From: the human T2T-CHM13v2.0 reference genome, Homo sapiens
DNA length: 64,000 nt
Assembly: GCF_009914755.1 (NCBI RefSeq)
Contig: NC_060929.1
Reading direction: 5' to 3' (one strand)
Below are positions 29,310-44,510 of the stretch, one piece after another (position 1 is the stretch's first letter; each line of letters starts with the position of its first letter). A model generated the notes under the pieces. That model did not search any database and was not told where the DNA came from. It saw only the letters and a program-made list of their open reading frames with translations. The translations under genes were made by a program, and so were the position numbers.

Positions 29310-32300
29310 ACACGCAGGACTGCCGCAGGAGCTGCTCTCTCTTCTGAGCACCAAAGACCTCCACCCTTCTGCAGCTGGCCAGCACCAAGCTGTTTTCCTT
29401 TTGATATGTGCATTTCCCTCTTTTGAACAGCAAAATAGGAAATTGGCCGCAGGGGGGAGTGTGGTTAGGTTCATGATCGTGACAACTTGTGTCCAGCTCT
29501 TGGGAACGTGTTGGACTCAGGCCAAAAGTAAAATCGCCGGGAGGTGGAATTGAGAGAGTATGCTGCACCTGGGAAGTTTGTTTTTTTTTTTGTTGTTGTT
29601 GTTGTTGTTTTTTAAAGCTCAACCGCCCGAGGGCGCGATCTATGCTGTAGAAATAGAAGAAAGGGGAGAAGGTTGGAAAGAAAGCATATGAACAAGTGGA
29701 GAAAGGAAGCAAGAGATGTTCCTTACAAGAAGCAAATGAGACAAGACTTGGTGGAGGATCAGGCTCTGTAGTGCTAATTTTTCATTTGCCTCCACGTTTG
29801 CAGAAATGTGCACTACATAATTTCTTTAAACATAAAGCATCTTTACAAAATCAAATGCCAATGTTAATAAGCCATGTGACATGGTTAAGTGTTTTACAAT
29901 AATGTAACTCACATGAGATGAAATGGAATGGGCTCCGATTGATAGCTTTGTTGTCTGTTCTGTAAATCCACATGTGTGAATGTTGATGGCTGGGTAAGCT
30001 GTCTTCTTTTCCCTTCACACCTCGGCCTGAGTTGTGGCCTCAAGCTCTCAAGGGTGTTTCATTCTCACAGCAGACAGACACTAACTGTGCACTAGCAAGG
30101 CAAGAGAAGCCCAGGGCAAATGTTTTATAACGGTAGATGTGTCAGAGGAGGAACATATTTGTCCCTTTCTTATTATTGTTCAAGTAAATCAGTTTGGCAG
30201 AGTGTTGGCAATAGGGTCCGTGTCTCTCTCATTAATGAGGCATTTGTCTTAAATGGAGCACCATAGAAGCCTGGAATAAACATTTGGTTTATATACCTAA
30301 CAGGGCCAAGTAAACTCTCACAAAAAGAAGATAATATCCTCATCCACACAATACAGATATCAGTAAGTTAATCTGCTATTGTCTGATTTTTATCCTATGA
30401 ACCTCTTTGCCAGAACTTCTGGCATGCAGAAGAAATAAATTTCTGCCAAGACTAGAGGTGCAAGTAGATTTAGAATCCATTTTAACTTTTTGTTTCAAGG
30501 GCTAGTCCTACCCTGATTTGTAGATCATGGTAGTGACCTCCAGGCCCATCAGTGTTATATTTCGTATTATAAATTGGAAGAGCCAATTATCACCCTTAAG
30601 TTGGTTTTAATAGCATTTGATTCATGTGATTAATTTATATAGAAAACCGGATACTCCAGAAATTAAGAGGACGTGTTTCCATTATAAGTTATCAAGTGAT
30701 TGCCATGCCTTTCATGATGCTCACAACTGCCCAGTGATACAGCTAAGCATTCATTAAGGTTTCTTGGAGAGTAAAAGAAGCTATTAAGAGCAGGAAGTAA
30801 GAATATGCTCAAAGGAGATCTATAGATCACCATATCTCTTTAGTCTTAGGAAACAAATGTTTTAAACATTTTGTTACTACGAAATAAAACATATACCCTT
30901 GGGCATACTAAACAATGTACCCAATATTTATCACAAAGTGGACACAGTGTAACCATTTGGGCCAAGAAAAACATTTCTAGACCCACAGAATAACAGAATA
31001 ATATTCCTAGATCTTCAAGAGATGTTAAAGAATGGGTAAGGAAATAATGTAGGTTTAACATTTTCCAGTTATCATGTAGACTTGCCTGTTTGCTATGGGT
31101 AACATTAACTGCACATTAACTCAAAGGTGTAACAAATTAGTCTGTAATTAAACTAGAAGATTTTTGGTAGCAGAACACATTATAGGGGCAAACCTACCTA
31201 TAGCAGTGTTTTCCAACATAGAAAATAACAATATTTGTGTGGCACACTGGGGTAAACTGGAGGAAATTTGAAGACATCTGTATGGAGCTGGGTGAAGAGA
31301 TTCATAACATTTTCTTTACATGATACAATTATGATAACAAAATAAAATATAACATTTTGGGCAATACATTAAATTGCATATTAATAACTTTAAATTGAGA
31401 AATCTGAATATGCTTTCACCAATATAAGTTTTTATCTGAAGTTTTATGCTTAAAAAGGCTATATATCATTTCTAATTAAAACATTTTAATGACAAATGAT
31501 CTTTTTATATTCTTAATAGCTGCTGTCAATGAAACTTTTTTGCAAAATTCTATTTTAAATAATATAGCCGTCTTTATTTTCTTGACATATTTATCATTGG
31601 AGTTCTATATGAAAATGCCTATAGATTCAGAATCCATCTAAATTTTACAGGTCAAGTATGACAAAATAATATTGAAATTGTAAATTGGAAAATACACACA
31701 CCTTTTAGAGAAGTTACCATCTACCAACTTTACCACAAATTGAGAAAAGTATCTAGTATACACAAAGACTGATATTGGGGTTACCACTTAAAGATACACC
31801 TGCCAGAAGTCCCTGAATTACTTTCTCATGATATCTCCTCCCGTGACCAAATTTTGGTGGGTGTGCTATGCTAATTAAGTACTTAGAGTATGAACTCCTC
31901 CAGCAGATCCACAGACACTTTTCACATGATGGAAATAGACATGCTTGCAGCAGGTTGCTGAAGTAAATACAGCATCAAGGTGGTGGACACGACTTGGTTG
32001 AGTTCCAAGAGCTCAGCAACAAGCTACTCACCTGGCCTTCCCAAGTGATTAGAAGACCAAATATCTTGAGGGACATCTTTAATTCTACTGGTTGGGATGC
32101 TCTGACCTATAGAAATGGAAGTAAAAGAGTAAAAAAGCAAAGTCTATACACTGCAAAGGCTTTGAGGTGGATGAATAATTATGAAGGATTTTTGCTGAAT
32201 GAACTAGATAAACACAAAATCTTGAATTTAATGTAGAATTGAATTGAATTATTAAAATGGAAGCAGTGAGTGCCATAAATTCCACTTGCTAGAAATAATT

Positions 32301-32579
32301 GATCTTTTCTAATGAAAATGGATAATTAAATGTGGCCATATACAAGTATTTAGGTTCTTTCTTTAACAGGTTCTTTTAAAATATGCATTTACTGAGTGAG
32401 TTGCAGAGCATCCCTGCTTCTGCTTGCAGGCAATGCTCTTGCTTCCTCTGTGCTCTCAAACATTGCCATTTTCGTATTAAACTCTCAGTGCATAACTGCT
32501 GTCTCTGCTCCTGAAGTATGTCTTTCTATGAGAATTATAGACTTTAGTATTGAAAAGTGACCTTGAATATTATACAGCT

Positions 32580-32743
32580 CCTTGCTTCTCAAAGTCTTGT
32601 CCACATACCAGCATTATAGGCATCACTTGGAAGCTTGTTAGAAATGCAGACCCTCAGCCCCCACCCCAGAACTACTGAATCAGAATCTGCATTGTTAATG
32701 AGTCCGTAGTGATTCATACGCAATTAAAGTTTGAGACGCACTG
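32580..32743. mobile_element. MER5A (hAT-Charlie non-autonomous element)
   Basis: ttctcaaagt...cttgttagaaatgcaga...tactgaatcagaatctgcatt...aaagtttgagacgcactg. Confidence 0.85.
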
Positions 32744-33169
32744 ATCTACTTAACATGCCTGGTATACATGACACTCCTCTGTGATATTTTTTAACAAGTT
32801 GTTAGGCAATTCCTGGTCTCCCAAAGCAACCCATTCTTTGGTTTGGATTGGCTGAAATGGTTACAAAGTCCTTCCTTATAATGATATTATAAAACCTTTC
32901 CTCATTACTACCTCCAGTCAAGCATGCTAATTTTGCCCTCTAGTACCACACTGACAAGTCTCAATCTCTTTTATACATGATAGCAATTCATACTTCGAAG
33001 GCAGATTGTTATATCTTGCCTAACTTTTTTCTGCTCTAGGTTAAACATCCCCAACCTTTTTAACACTTTGGCATTCTGCTTGCTCTTGTCCGGATAGGGT
33101 CTTTCAATAGAATTTTTTAAATGTGGCACCCAGAATAGAATATAGTATAGTTGGCCAACTAAAAAAAGA

Positions 33170-33740
33170 TAATTTATTTTTCCAACTTTTTATTTTGAAA
33201 TAACTTTATAGTTACAGAAAATTAAGAAAAAACAGTACACAAAACTTGTGTATACCGTTCATGCAGCTTTCCCTGGGGTTTACATCTGGTGTAACCATAT
33301 TACTATTAGCTAAACCAAAACATTAACATTGATACAATATTCTTAACTCATTTATAGACCTTTATATTTTTCCAACTGTTCTATTAGTATATCTTCTTTT
33401 ATGGTCCAGTATTCAATTAAGACTCCCTATTGCATTTGGTTATTATGTCTCCTCCAAACTGGGATATTTTATCTTTGTCTCTCACAACCTTAAAACTTTT
33501 GAGGAGTACTATTCAGTTATTTTATATTATGGTCCTTAATTTTGGTTTGTCTGGTGTTTTCTAATGATTAGGCTGGGATTAAACATTTGTAGGAATAAGT
33601 GATGTTATGTCATTTTCATTGACTTGTATCAGGAGGTACATGGTGTCCATATGTCTAATTACTAGTGATGTTATCTCTGATCACTTGGTTAAGATGGTAT
33701 CATATCAACCAGATTTCTCCACTGTAAAGTTACTATTTGA
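33170..33740 (-). mobile_element. Old L1 (L1MC/MD-like) 3' end
   Basis: ttttattttgaaataactttatagttacagaa...agatttctccactgtaaagttact. Confidence 0.7.
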
Positions 33741-36700
33741 AAAATAATATTTCGGTGTAAAAATTATTGACAAACTCATGATGCAGAGAGCCATAATGTA
33801 GTAATACTCTCCAAATTTATATTTTTGGAGAAAATGAAAATAATTTTACTTTCATAGACATTTATGTTTGTGATATTCATAACTTCTCATTCCACATGTC
33901 AGGAGATTTTTCTGTGAGATTAAGTGAAATAATCCATTTAAGATACTTAGCAGAAGGGTGAGGACAGAGAAATCGCTTAGTTTGCTACTATTATTAATGC
34001 TATTAACCTATCACTTTCCACTTAATATACTGATATATTTCCATGTCAATAACTGTTCACTGGCATAATTTATAATGGTTGCATAGCTTTCCATTAAATG
34101 TGTTAAGTATACTTCAACTTATCAAGTAACGGAAGACACTTAGAGTGTATCTATTTGTTTGGCTACTATACTTTCAGGTAAAGTTGGTTGATTAAATATA
34201 TGTGTCTCCTTTCATGCCCCACTAAAACCCCTCAAAAACTACAAAGAAGGGATTTTTTTAAGGACATAAACTTATGAAATGGGGAGAACAGGAGTAGAAG
34301 CAATCACAAAAAATTATGAAAGCAAAAAAGCAACTAATTTAGCAGACCCAAGAAAATGAAATGTTAATCCAGCAGCAGGGAAAGCCAAGAACTAACCCTT
34401 TCTATGCCTCAGAATTCCCCATGACTGAGGAATTGGCAGGCACCAAATAACTTGACATTAGGATGCAAATAGGTTGGAAAATAAAAAAAGATTGCTTTAA
34501 AGTCTGTTTCAAAAGCAATCTTCCCCAGCTTCCCTCATCACTCTTTATTGCAGAAAACTATCCCTTTGTCACCCAGCAAAGAGACTGAGGGTGTTTTCCC
34601 CAGAGACATCAGGCACAGTTAAAGGTGGAGGCTTCACACCCCCGAACCAACTGTAAGAAATTGGTCACCTCGGGGTTGCTTTCTAGCAGGTGCCACTGAG
34701 GGATAAATAATAATGGACTGATCCTAACTTCCCCTTTGTTTCTCACCTCCCTCCAGTGAACACAGGGATTAATCTGCTTGTTGTTTAAAATAATATAATC
34801 CTTGAAGCTGTTGTAAACAAGTAGAGGAAAGAAGACCTTCAACAATTGTCCCTAATTATGGTTAGAAGAGGGACCAATCCTGATCCCAGTTATGACAGGC
34901 AAAAAAATTGTACAATCAGTAAAACTGAAAGAGAAAACAAAGGTACTAAAGCAGAAGTGGCCCACGGCACATTACTTTAAAAGTTCTAAGTAAGCTTCTG
35001 ATACTGAAACTCAGGAAATAGCTAACAAAAATCTGGTTTTCTGGCTTCTCTTTATAAACTAGAAAATGTTAGTCTGGAAACAGTGACCCCTACAGTTCTC
35101 AGACACTGAGACAAAGTATGAATTTCTGCAATTATGTTTATCCCACCTTTTTTTTTTTTTTTCTTATAATGGAGTTCAGAAATCCTTAACTCTATAAGGG
35201 GAAAATAGCAGAGAGAATTGAGGGTTTGGAGCTTCTCTCTTATGCCTGCCTTATTCCACTCAGTTATGGTATCTGCATGTCTCCTGTGAGCATCCGTGTC
35301 TCTAGCTCTTTCCTTGGACCCTGCTGTAGACTTGTACCTCTACTGTTCAGACCTACCCACGCTGCAGCTGTAGCTGTTTACTCACAGCAAGAGAGAGAGG
35401 CTAAGACCAGCAAGCCCAGTGGGTGCCCCAACTCAAGCAAACATGTATTGGCCAGGTCTGAGTTGTTACATGCCAAGGAGAGGAGCAGGTAGCAAAAGTT
35501 TTTTCTAAGCCCATGGACTTGGGAAAGTGATGGACTTGTGGGTGGGGGAGGTGGGTAGGATAAATGGCAGCAGGGTGAGGGGGTCCGTTTAAGGCTACTC
35601 AAGTTCTTCTGACTCTCCAGTCAGAATTACTCAATCATTTAGGGTAGGGCCATACATACACATGGGGGAAATGTCAGGGTTTGGCGTTAAGAAAGCTAGG
35701 AAAGAAATAGGTATGGGAAAGTATTTCATGGGTGCAATGGTTGATGATCCAGCATCTACTTTCCTAGTGCTCTACAGCTGGAAAAGGCAGAGGCAATGGC
35801 TTTAATTTTATTTGCAAAGCTAGTTAAGAGTCGATGGAAGAACTGACACTATTTGATAAACTGTGCCCAAACTCTAGATGAACACTATTTCAAAGAGCAT
35901 TAAGCACAGATATAAGAGCAGACTCAAAACAGACCACCTGGATTTGATTCTCAGCTCTGCCACTTATTAGCTGGGAACATCCAGACACATTTTGAACATG
36001 TCTTTGCTTTGGTTTCCTCATTTACGGAATGAGGGTATAATAGTAATTTACCTGTTGAAGTTATTATACATAACATACTTACAACATTGTCTGGTACAAG
36101 TAAATGATAGTTATTTTTATTGAGAAAATAGCACCCTAGTTACATAATAGTTTCTTACACAAGTTTGTCAAATTCTGGAGTAGGGAGGCATCTTGGACAG
36201 AGAGATGATTTCAAAGTGTAAAACTGACTAGCTCTGGCACTCAATTCTCACCTCTCTTTCTCCCTTTTTTCCTACTCACTAATTTTTAGTGTGTTCCCCT
36301 TCCTCTTTTTTTTCTTTCTCTCATAATTCTATACATTCCCAATTGACTTTTCCCATAAGCCCGTTGAGAGAGCCAGAGCAAGTTTTATTAACTCCAATTC
36401 ACTAAAATGCAGGCAAGTGAAGTAGTTTATCCACGGCTCACAGGGTGAACTTCACACATCTGCCTTGAGAACCTGATCCTTCCTCTTGGAGCAATTTGCT
36501 TCTGATTTCTTGGTGGAGAATCAGTAGCGATGGGTTTAAGGGCTCTGGGAAGACTAGAAAGTTGCCCTCTCTAAACACATTTATTGAAAGTGGCACCTTA
36601 GAAAAAAAGGGACTATGTAAACTCAATATTATTAAGTATGATGGAAAAGTATAAAGTATGTAGAAAGCAGGCATTAGTACGTTTGACATTCAACATCAGT

Positions 36701-37759
36701 AGAGGTCAGATCATGAGGCACACAGAGAAAATAGTCAAAAGGGGCACTTTTTTATAATGTGATTGCTACTCCACCTTGCCCACCTCCTGGTATTAGAAAC
36801 AGCCTTTCTGTGATTATGCGTATGGGTGATTGAGTAGTAACACAATGACTTCATTTCCATTTCCCAGCTTCCTGTGGGAAGGTTTGGATCCAGCCTGCAA
36901 GAGCCATGATTGTAGGAGTATAATGATAACTGATGTTTATACAGTACTTTACAATTTTCACAAGGATTTCCATCTATTGGCTTCTCACTACACCATTATT
37001 ACCATTCCCACTTCACAGGCAAGTAAACTGAGTCACAGGTAAGCAAGGCTAACAGAGTTTGCATAGATAATCTCACAGAGCTAACACCAGAACTCAGGTC
37101 TGTAGTGCTTCTTCTACCTTCCACTTATGTGGAATAGTTTGATGTTTAATATTTTAAGCAGGTAAGTATTTGAGTCCTCTCTACCCCTTACCAGCACTGT
37201 TACCTGGAATAGCTCCTGAATCTTCAGCTTCCTCATGAAACAGAGGAAATAATACTATTTATGAGATTTGAATGGACTAAATTATGTAAAGCACTGAGAA
37301 CATTGCTTAGCCCATAGTAAGTACTCAATAAAATCTAGCTGTCATTATGATTGGTCTGTCTTCTGCCATTTTCTTTGCTTTGCATTGAAGAGAACTGTCC
37401 ATGATTTTAGATTACACTCAGAAGCCCTATGTTTCTAGGTTTATGTTATCCTAAAATGTTATTACCATTTGTTGCTTTGGTAAGACTAGGAACTTGGAAA
37501 CTACGTGAGTTAAATGGACAGTATCCCTGGCATTAATGCCCAACATATTGTAGGACAATCATTTTCAGATGGTTTACTATGCATAATACTTACGTGGATT
37601 AAGTATCAAGGTAGTTTAAAGTGCAGCTTCCTAAGCATCGCTCCTCCCATTCTGATTCTGGAATGGCCTGAGGCCCAGGAATCTACAAACTTCTACAGGT
37701 ACCCTTGGAGGTCGTAAGGAGCGCTGTGAAAAGCCTTAACTGGCATTGGCATTTACCCT

Positions 37760-37950
37760 ACCACTGCTGCTGCTGTTGCTGCTGCTTCACTTTCTTTTTC
37801 TCCTCTTCTTCCTCCTGATCTACCTCCTGCTTCTTTTTCTCCACTTCCTCTTCTTCCTTCTTTATTATTGTCATCACCGTCATTCTCTTCATTCTCTTTG
37901 TCTTCCCCTCCATTTCTTCTCATTCTTTTCTTTTTTCTCCTTCTTCTTTT
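37760..37950. repeat. CTG/CTT-rich low-complexity tract
   Basis: Degenerate trinucleotide polypyrimidine run. Confidence 0.85.
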
Positions 37951-40261
37951 TGTAACCATTTCTAATAGACTACTGGAGGTTATTTTCCACTGTTAGGGTA
38001 GCTCTATTATTATCTCTTCAGAGAAAATGCCACTGAACTTGGGGGAAAAAAACAGAGTAATGACTCAATGAAAATATGTTTATACATAACTTCCCAGGAG
38101 CCAATTAGGAAGATAATCATTAGGTTCAGGTGATCCTTTGCTCATGCATACATCTGTAAGGCTCTGGCCCTCTCACCAAGAGTAAAATAGCCCATTCTTG
38201 TTTCCAGAGCTTATTAATGCTGGATTCAAATATAATGCCCTGAAAGTACATTTTAAAACCTTTCCTATGAAGATGCATAACTAGACGCAGGATCATTATT
38301 CTTACAATCCAATAAAATTTATGTATATCAATCTTTTGCTTCAAGCCAGCCAGGCACTCCAAGAACAATGTTAACAGTTTCTACATCCTGCCCCAACACC
38401 CAACCTATTACATCTAGATTCTGGGAACCTAGTCAAGAAAGCCACATGCCAATTTTGAAGCTACTTAAACTAATCAATTGTGATCACCAATTTGGATACT
38501 ATATCTGTATAGCTTCAAAGAAAGTATATGTTTTGTAATCACCGAATTTAAAAAGTATAAATAGGCATTGAAGTAACTTTATCAGTGGTTATCGATTATT
38601 GCTGCACTTAGTATCTTGAAAACAACACTGATGCCCTGGCCCTAAGCCCACAGATTGTGATTTAATTGGTGTGGCATGGGTCACACCAGGTGATTCTATT
38701 GGGCATCATTGATATACATGAATCAAATTTATTTAACAATTGCCTACGCTCTATATCCTTCTGCAAGTCACGGACAGAGATTAACCCTAGAAGTAAAACG
38801 AAGCAGAGAATTTTAAGAATACTTTAGTCTCAACTACATGCATATTTTAGGGAAAGTGAAATATTAATCTAGCATTTCTTCTTAACTATCTCAATTCTCT
38901 ATTTCATGTTGCTAGGGTATACTTGATCTTGTCAAAATTTTTCCAGCATCTAATAACACATAGAACCTCAAGGGCATTCCAAATGAATCACAGCAATATA
39001 AGAAATGAAGGAAAAAGCAAATTAAGTTTGGTCAACAATTTCTTTTGGTTGAATCAGAGGTGTCACAGAAGCAGCCACAGGGATTGAGAGTCCACCCCAC
39101 CTTGCCCCTTATGGAGCTTGTAAAGACTAACTGGACTGACTCACATAAAGGGGCATTCTTTGCACTAGTCTGTGAGTCTAGGTTATGCCTTCACTTCTCA
39201 TCAAAAATAGGGGCATTGAGATCATGACTTGCTAATAAGCCTCATGTAACAGATTTTTCACTGTATTGGTGATGGAAGTAAGACTCATTTAATTTAGTGT
39301 TTGAGAACTTGCTACCTGCCTTGATGTTCTGACACTTAAAGTTTTACTGTTTTCTATGTTTTGATGTTTAAAGAACTGTATAAATTGAATTATTCTCTCA
39401 TTTTATCTCAAGCTGTACAATCTGCTGGTTTCTGTAATTTTAAATATCCTCTTTCCTTCAAATATTACCACCAAATCATTGTCTATAACAGATAAAAATT
39501 ATTCTTTATCTTATTTACTTTTTTCTTTATGCCAAAATTTCTGAAAATTTTTTCTCAACTAGAATTATTTTCTCCATCATATTGTTAATTTCTAAAATAT
39601 CAGTTTTATTTTATAAATGTTCCTTTTAATTTCTTCCTGTTCTTCTCTCATGGTTATAATATCTTCTCATGTCTGAGAATATTAATGCTAGGGGGTTTTA
39701 TTTGTTTGCTTGTTTTGTTTTATTTATTTTTTTATTTTTTGCTTTTTTTCCTGCAAAAATAAGGTGACCACTATGGTGTTTTTTCCCCTATGGTTCAGTC
39801 CCTTTTCTCATGGTAAAGACATTCCTCCAATTTCCAGTTATCCATGTTGCTAGATCACAGTTGAGAGCGAGAAAAGAAAATCCGTAATCATTTAAATGGG
39901 AACTGGCAACTGTGAGTTTTGCTGCAGGATGGCCTGGCCAGATAGAAGAGTTGAGAAAACCTCAATGCCAGAGTCTTTAAGTCTTTCCTCTTGGGTTAGT
40001 TGGATTCCAGAGAGAAGACTCCCTGACCTGCAATCTTCAGCAAAAAGGGCCAGCCACCAGAGGAAAAGGACAAGAACCCTGAGGACTGCACTCACTGTGC
40101 CTCACTTAGTTCCGTGTTTCAGTGTGAAGCCTCCACACTTAACTGTGCCTGGTGTCTCTGGGGAAAACACCTTCAGTCTCTTTGCTGGGTGACAAAGGGA
40201 TGGTTTTCTGGCAATAAAAAGTGATGAGAGAAGCTGGGGAAGATTGCTTCTGAGGTACACA

Positions 40262-40372
40262 CACCATGGTGGTGTGTACCTGTGGTCCCAGCTACTACGC
40301 AGGCTGAGGTGGGAGGATGGCATTAAGGCCAGGAGTTCAAGGCAGTAGTGAGCTATGAAAGAAAGAAAAAGA
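40262..40372 (+). mobile_element. Truncated 7SL-derived Alu monomer (FAM/FRAM-like)
   Basis: ggtggtgtgtacctgtggtcccagctact...gctgaggtgggaggat...aggagttcaaggcagtagtgagctatga followed by GAAA. Confidence 0.75.
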
Positions 40373-40828
40373 AAGGCTTTATGTAGCAACTTTATCTTCT
40401 TGCTCTGCAGAAAAGAACTGGACTCATTGCCCAGACACATAATGGTTCCCTTTTGAATGTATTCTAGACCTCCATGGGCAGTCATCTGAAATGGTTCCTG
40501 TTTTTCTAACTTTACCTCTCTTTTCCTCTTCATACAGTTTCTTCATAGATTTTAAAAAATCTTTTCTCTTCTCCCAGTGTTCCACTCTTCTATTTTGGGA
40601 GCATGCCACGGCTCACTCTGGAATTCTTAAGTTCCCAGTCAGGTCTTGTCCTGTAAATTTCCTCAGTCTTGTGCATTTTCTGCAGATCACTGGCATTCTT
40701 TTTTCTGCTGTTTTTGATGCTGGGTTCTGAACAAAAAGAAGCCCAATGTCCATCCCATGGTACGTGTGAATCTGGGTAAACCCGGGGGTAATGGAGGTGA
40801 AGTGTTCTACTTAGAACTGCAAAATAAT

Positions 40829-41131
<303 letters not shown>

Positions 41132-44100
41132 CCAAAATAATTTTTAGTGTACAAAAAAAAAAAAAAAATCACAGAACTCCGTAGATTACCTTTCTGAGAC
41201 AACCCCTCATTTGGTCTACATAAGAATCCTATATTCTTATTGTTAATATAACTTGACTTTATTGTGGTACAAGAACTATTTTTTCATAACCATGTATTAC
41301 ATTGCAAACCGCTCTACCATTAACATGGCTTTAAGGGATATCATGGCCAATTGTGTCTCTGTAATTTTGGGGCTTTTTTCTGTGTTTGCAGAAAGGAGGG
41401 ACTGGACAGCCCCATCACTCATATGTTTGTGGCAGGATGAAATTTTGAGATATTAACCAGGGTTCCCCAAGCTCCTTTCCTACTCAGTCAGCAGCAGGAA
41501 TTGCTTCAGAGAGGATGCAGGGTTTTAAACCAAGAACACAAAAGGAAAATAAGCAGTCGGTGCTCAGCTTTTGCATCTCTAAAAATAAAATTTAAATCTC
41601 ACTGTGGAGATGGAAATCTATAAAGTCAAGGTCATTGATATTCAAGATCCAGTTTCTTTTGAGCAGCAAGAAGCCCAGCCCAAAGGAAGTCAGGCATAAG
41701 GTTTGTGCCATAAGCAATGGAATGGAAAGAGAATAGATGAAGAGTCAGGCTGCCGTATCCTAGAGACTGGATAAATGTTGCCTGGGCTAGAAAAAAAGAG
41801 TTACCTTGAAGAAAAAGCATCTGTGGAATATGAGCATGCCACTTCAGTTTCTGTCCTCATCAGACCAACATCTAGAGAAGAAAGAGGGTTACTGAGCTTC
41901 CTGTCGTTTGGGGGATTTGGGAGGAAAGGTAGGATCCTAAGTACTCAACAAACAGAAAATCACAAGCACTGGCCAATTAGAAGAGATGCCCAATTAATCC
42001 AAATGATCATTCTGGTGCATGTTGGTTAAATTACGGACCTGGAGAGGGCATGAATGCCTGGCTCCCATCGGAGAATTCAGTGTGGCAGCACTCTTGGATA
42101 GGTGCTGCACAGCATGGTGGCAAAGGAGGAATTAAGCAAAATGAGCCCAGGCGTAAGAAGCCATGAGACACAGCTTTGAGTTTCTCTCAGACTTGCAAGT
42201 GATACAGTGACAGCTGAAAGCATGCAGGCCCTAGGGGCCTTGGATGTGGCTGAGAGAGCACCAGTGGACTTGAGGAAGCTTAAACCCATGTTAGGACCTC
42301 AGGCAGTGGCAGAAGTCATGGGCATAAGGACCAATTTCCAGAGACTAGGAAGTTAAATAGCAGCTGATGCCAGCAGAAGGCACAGAATAGCCACCGACTA
42401 CATATACCCAGCACACACAAGTGTGCACACACACTCATCCACATACACACCCATCCACACACTCACACACATCCACACACGTGCCTGCATGAGCCCTCTG
42501 TGGAATTTAAATGTTACTCACGGGCAGAAAATAGACAAGGGCAGAACCTTAAAATTGCCTGAGTTTAAAATGAAAATGACTGAGGAATAATTTGACTGGG
42601 TTTACTTGGGAACACTTGGTCAAAGCTTCTGATTTTAGAAGGAAATATGAGTTACAATAAAAATTACATTTATTTATAGGAAAGTAAAGTATATGTTACC
42701 CCTTGGATGCCTACTCAAGCATGTGGGAGTTGTGTGTGTGTAAAATATATCACATATATTTTTAATATATGTGATATCAGCTGAGGTGCCCTGTCAGTGA
42801 CATTCTAATTAAATTGGCTCTAATGCTGTCCACTGTGTGTTGAAACCCCATGTCCGCTCTGATCTTTATGGAAAACATAAAACAAGAAGTAAAAACCTGC
42901 CCTGCTAGAACAGCTCTGTCCTACATCAGTGATTTTCAAACATTTTGAGTGCTGGAGACATCATTCTGGATGGAACTCTCATATGTTAAAAAAAAAAAAA
43001 AGATAAAACCAGGGCCATTCTGGCTGTGCAGAGATGAGGGACAAGAATCAGCTCAGGGCATCTGTCTGGAATATTTTTATGCAACTGAAATGCCCTTACA
43101 AAGAAAGGCATTTTGAAAGCTACTGCTCATTGCTATCCTAGGTGAATTCCAGAAAGCGTATTAACATGTCTGGGGGCTATAAATCTTAAAGCCTTAGGTT
43201 TGACTCCAAATGGAACAGGAAATCTATGCATAAAATATTTCTAATTATGTCCCTTGAGGTTTTGAGGCTAAGTGTTTGTGATGCTAGATTTAAAGGATAA
43301 GTGAAAGCAAGTGACCAAATGTTTTGCTCTGGCATTTGAAGACCATCCTGTCAGCTATCCAAAAAGCAACTTGCTATATTTCATTCATTCATTCATTCAT
43401 TCATTCACTCAACAAATGTATATCGCGCTTTTATCAAGTACTAGGCACTGTGCTAGCTGCAATGGAAACAGTTTCCGTGCCCCCTATTGACTGTTATAGC
43501 TTTACATGAATTCTTTGAACTATAATGTTTCTGCTGCTTTCTGCCTTTTCAGAACAGAACAAATTGAATGTTTGAATGTATTTCTGTTAGTGTGCAAACT
43601 CTTGAAGCTCTTGGTGGGTTTAGTCACTTTCAGGAAGATCAATACAGACACTCTAAATATCTAGAGTATGCCCAGGTTTACCATATTCACATAAGGGAGG
43701 AGTCTGGGCTAGTATACTGGACCATAAACATCATATCACTGATCAAAAAATGTAGTCAAGCAGAGCTCTTCAAAGGCATTTCTATTTGCTGCCTAACTGG
43801 ATCATATGCCATTTAAAAAATGCAACCATTCCCCAGACCTAAACTCCCTGGATAAATTGTGAAGAAAAATAGTATCTTTAAAAATACTTAGTGCTTTATT
43901 TATTTAGTTTATACACCTAGTTAGATCAATTACTTCTGCTAGGCTTATTATGAAAAACAACAATTCTCTGCCCTCCCCAGCCTGCCCCATATCCAGCTTC
44001 TCCAAGACAATCATCCCACTTTCATAGCTTTCAGCATTTTGCCTCCATATCTCTAAATAATATCATTTTCCTTTTTCTTGATTGTTTTAGTTTTAGGCAT

Positions 44101-44219
44101 TATGTAGTCTAAAAGCCCCTCTCTGCTTAACCACCAATGCAGTCTTGCCATCCACAGTAACTTCTGCCCCTTCATAGTTGTATCACAATTCTGTATAGAC
44201 ACATACTCAGTGTTCACAT

Positions 44220-44510
44220 CAGGGGTTCCCAACCCTAAGGCCATGGAACAGTAAAGGTCCGTGACCTGTTAGGAACCAGGTGAGCTGCCAGTAAGGTGAG
44301 GTGCCAGTAAGCAACCATGCCCACCTGAGCTCCGCCTCCTACTGCACATGCGAGGAATCTGGGTTTCATGCTCTTATGAGAATCTAATGTCTGATGATCT
44401 GAGATGGAAAAATTTCATTCTGAAACCATCCCCCAACCCTGCACACCATCCATGGAAAAATTGTCTTCCATGAAATCAGTCCCTGGTGCCAAAAATATTG
44501 GGAACCGCTG
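44220..44510. mobile_element. MER1B (hAT-Charlie)
   Basis: Terminal inverted repeats caggggttcccaa / ttgggaaccgctg; 8-bp TSD gttcacat / gtttacat. Confidence 0.9.

Noticed and set aside
37746-37959. Leu/Phe-rich and Arg/Glu-rich ORFs on both strands
   Set aside because: Produced by the CTT/CTG low-complexity tract.
44279-44311. Short tandem duplications (in MER1B; also about 2265-2292 and 18926-18958)
   Set aside because: Ordinary slippage duplications with two copies and no spacer pattern; not an array.
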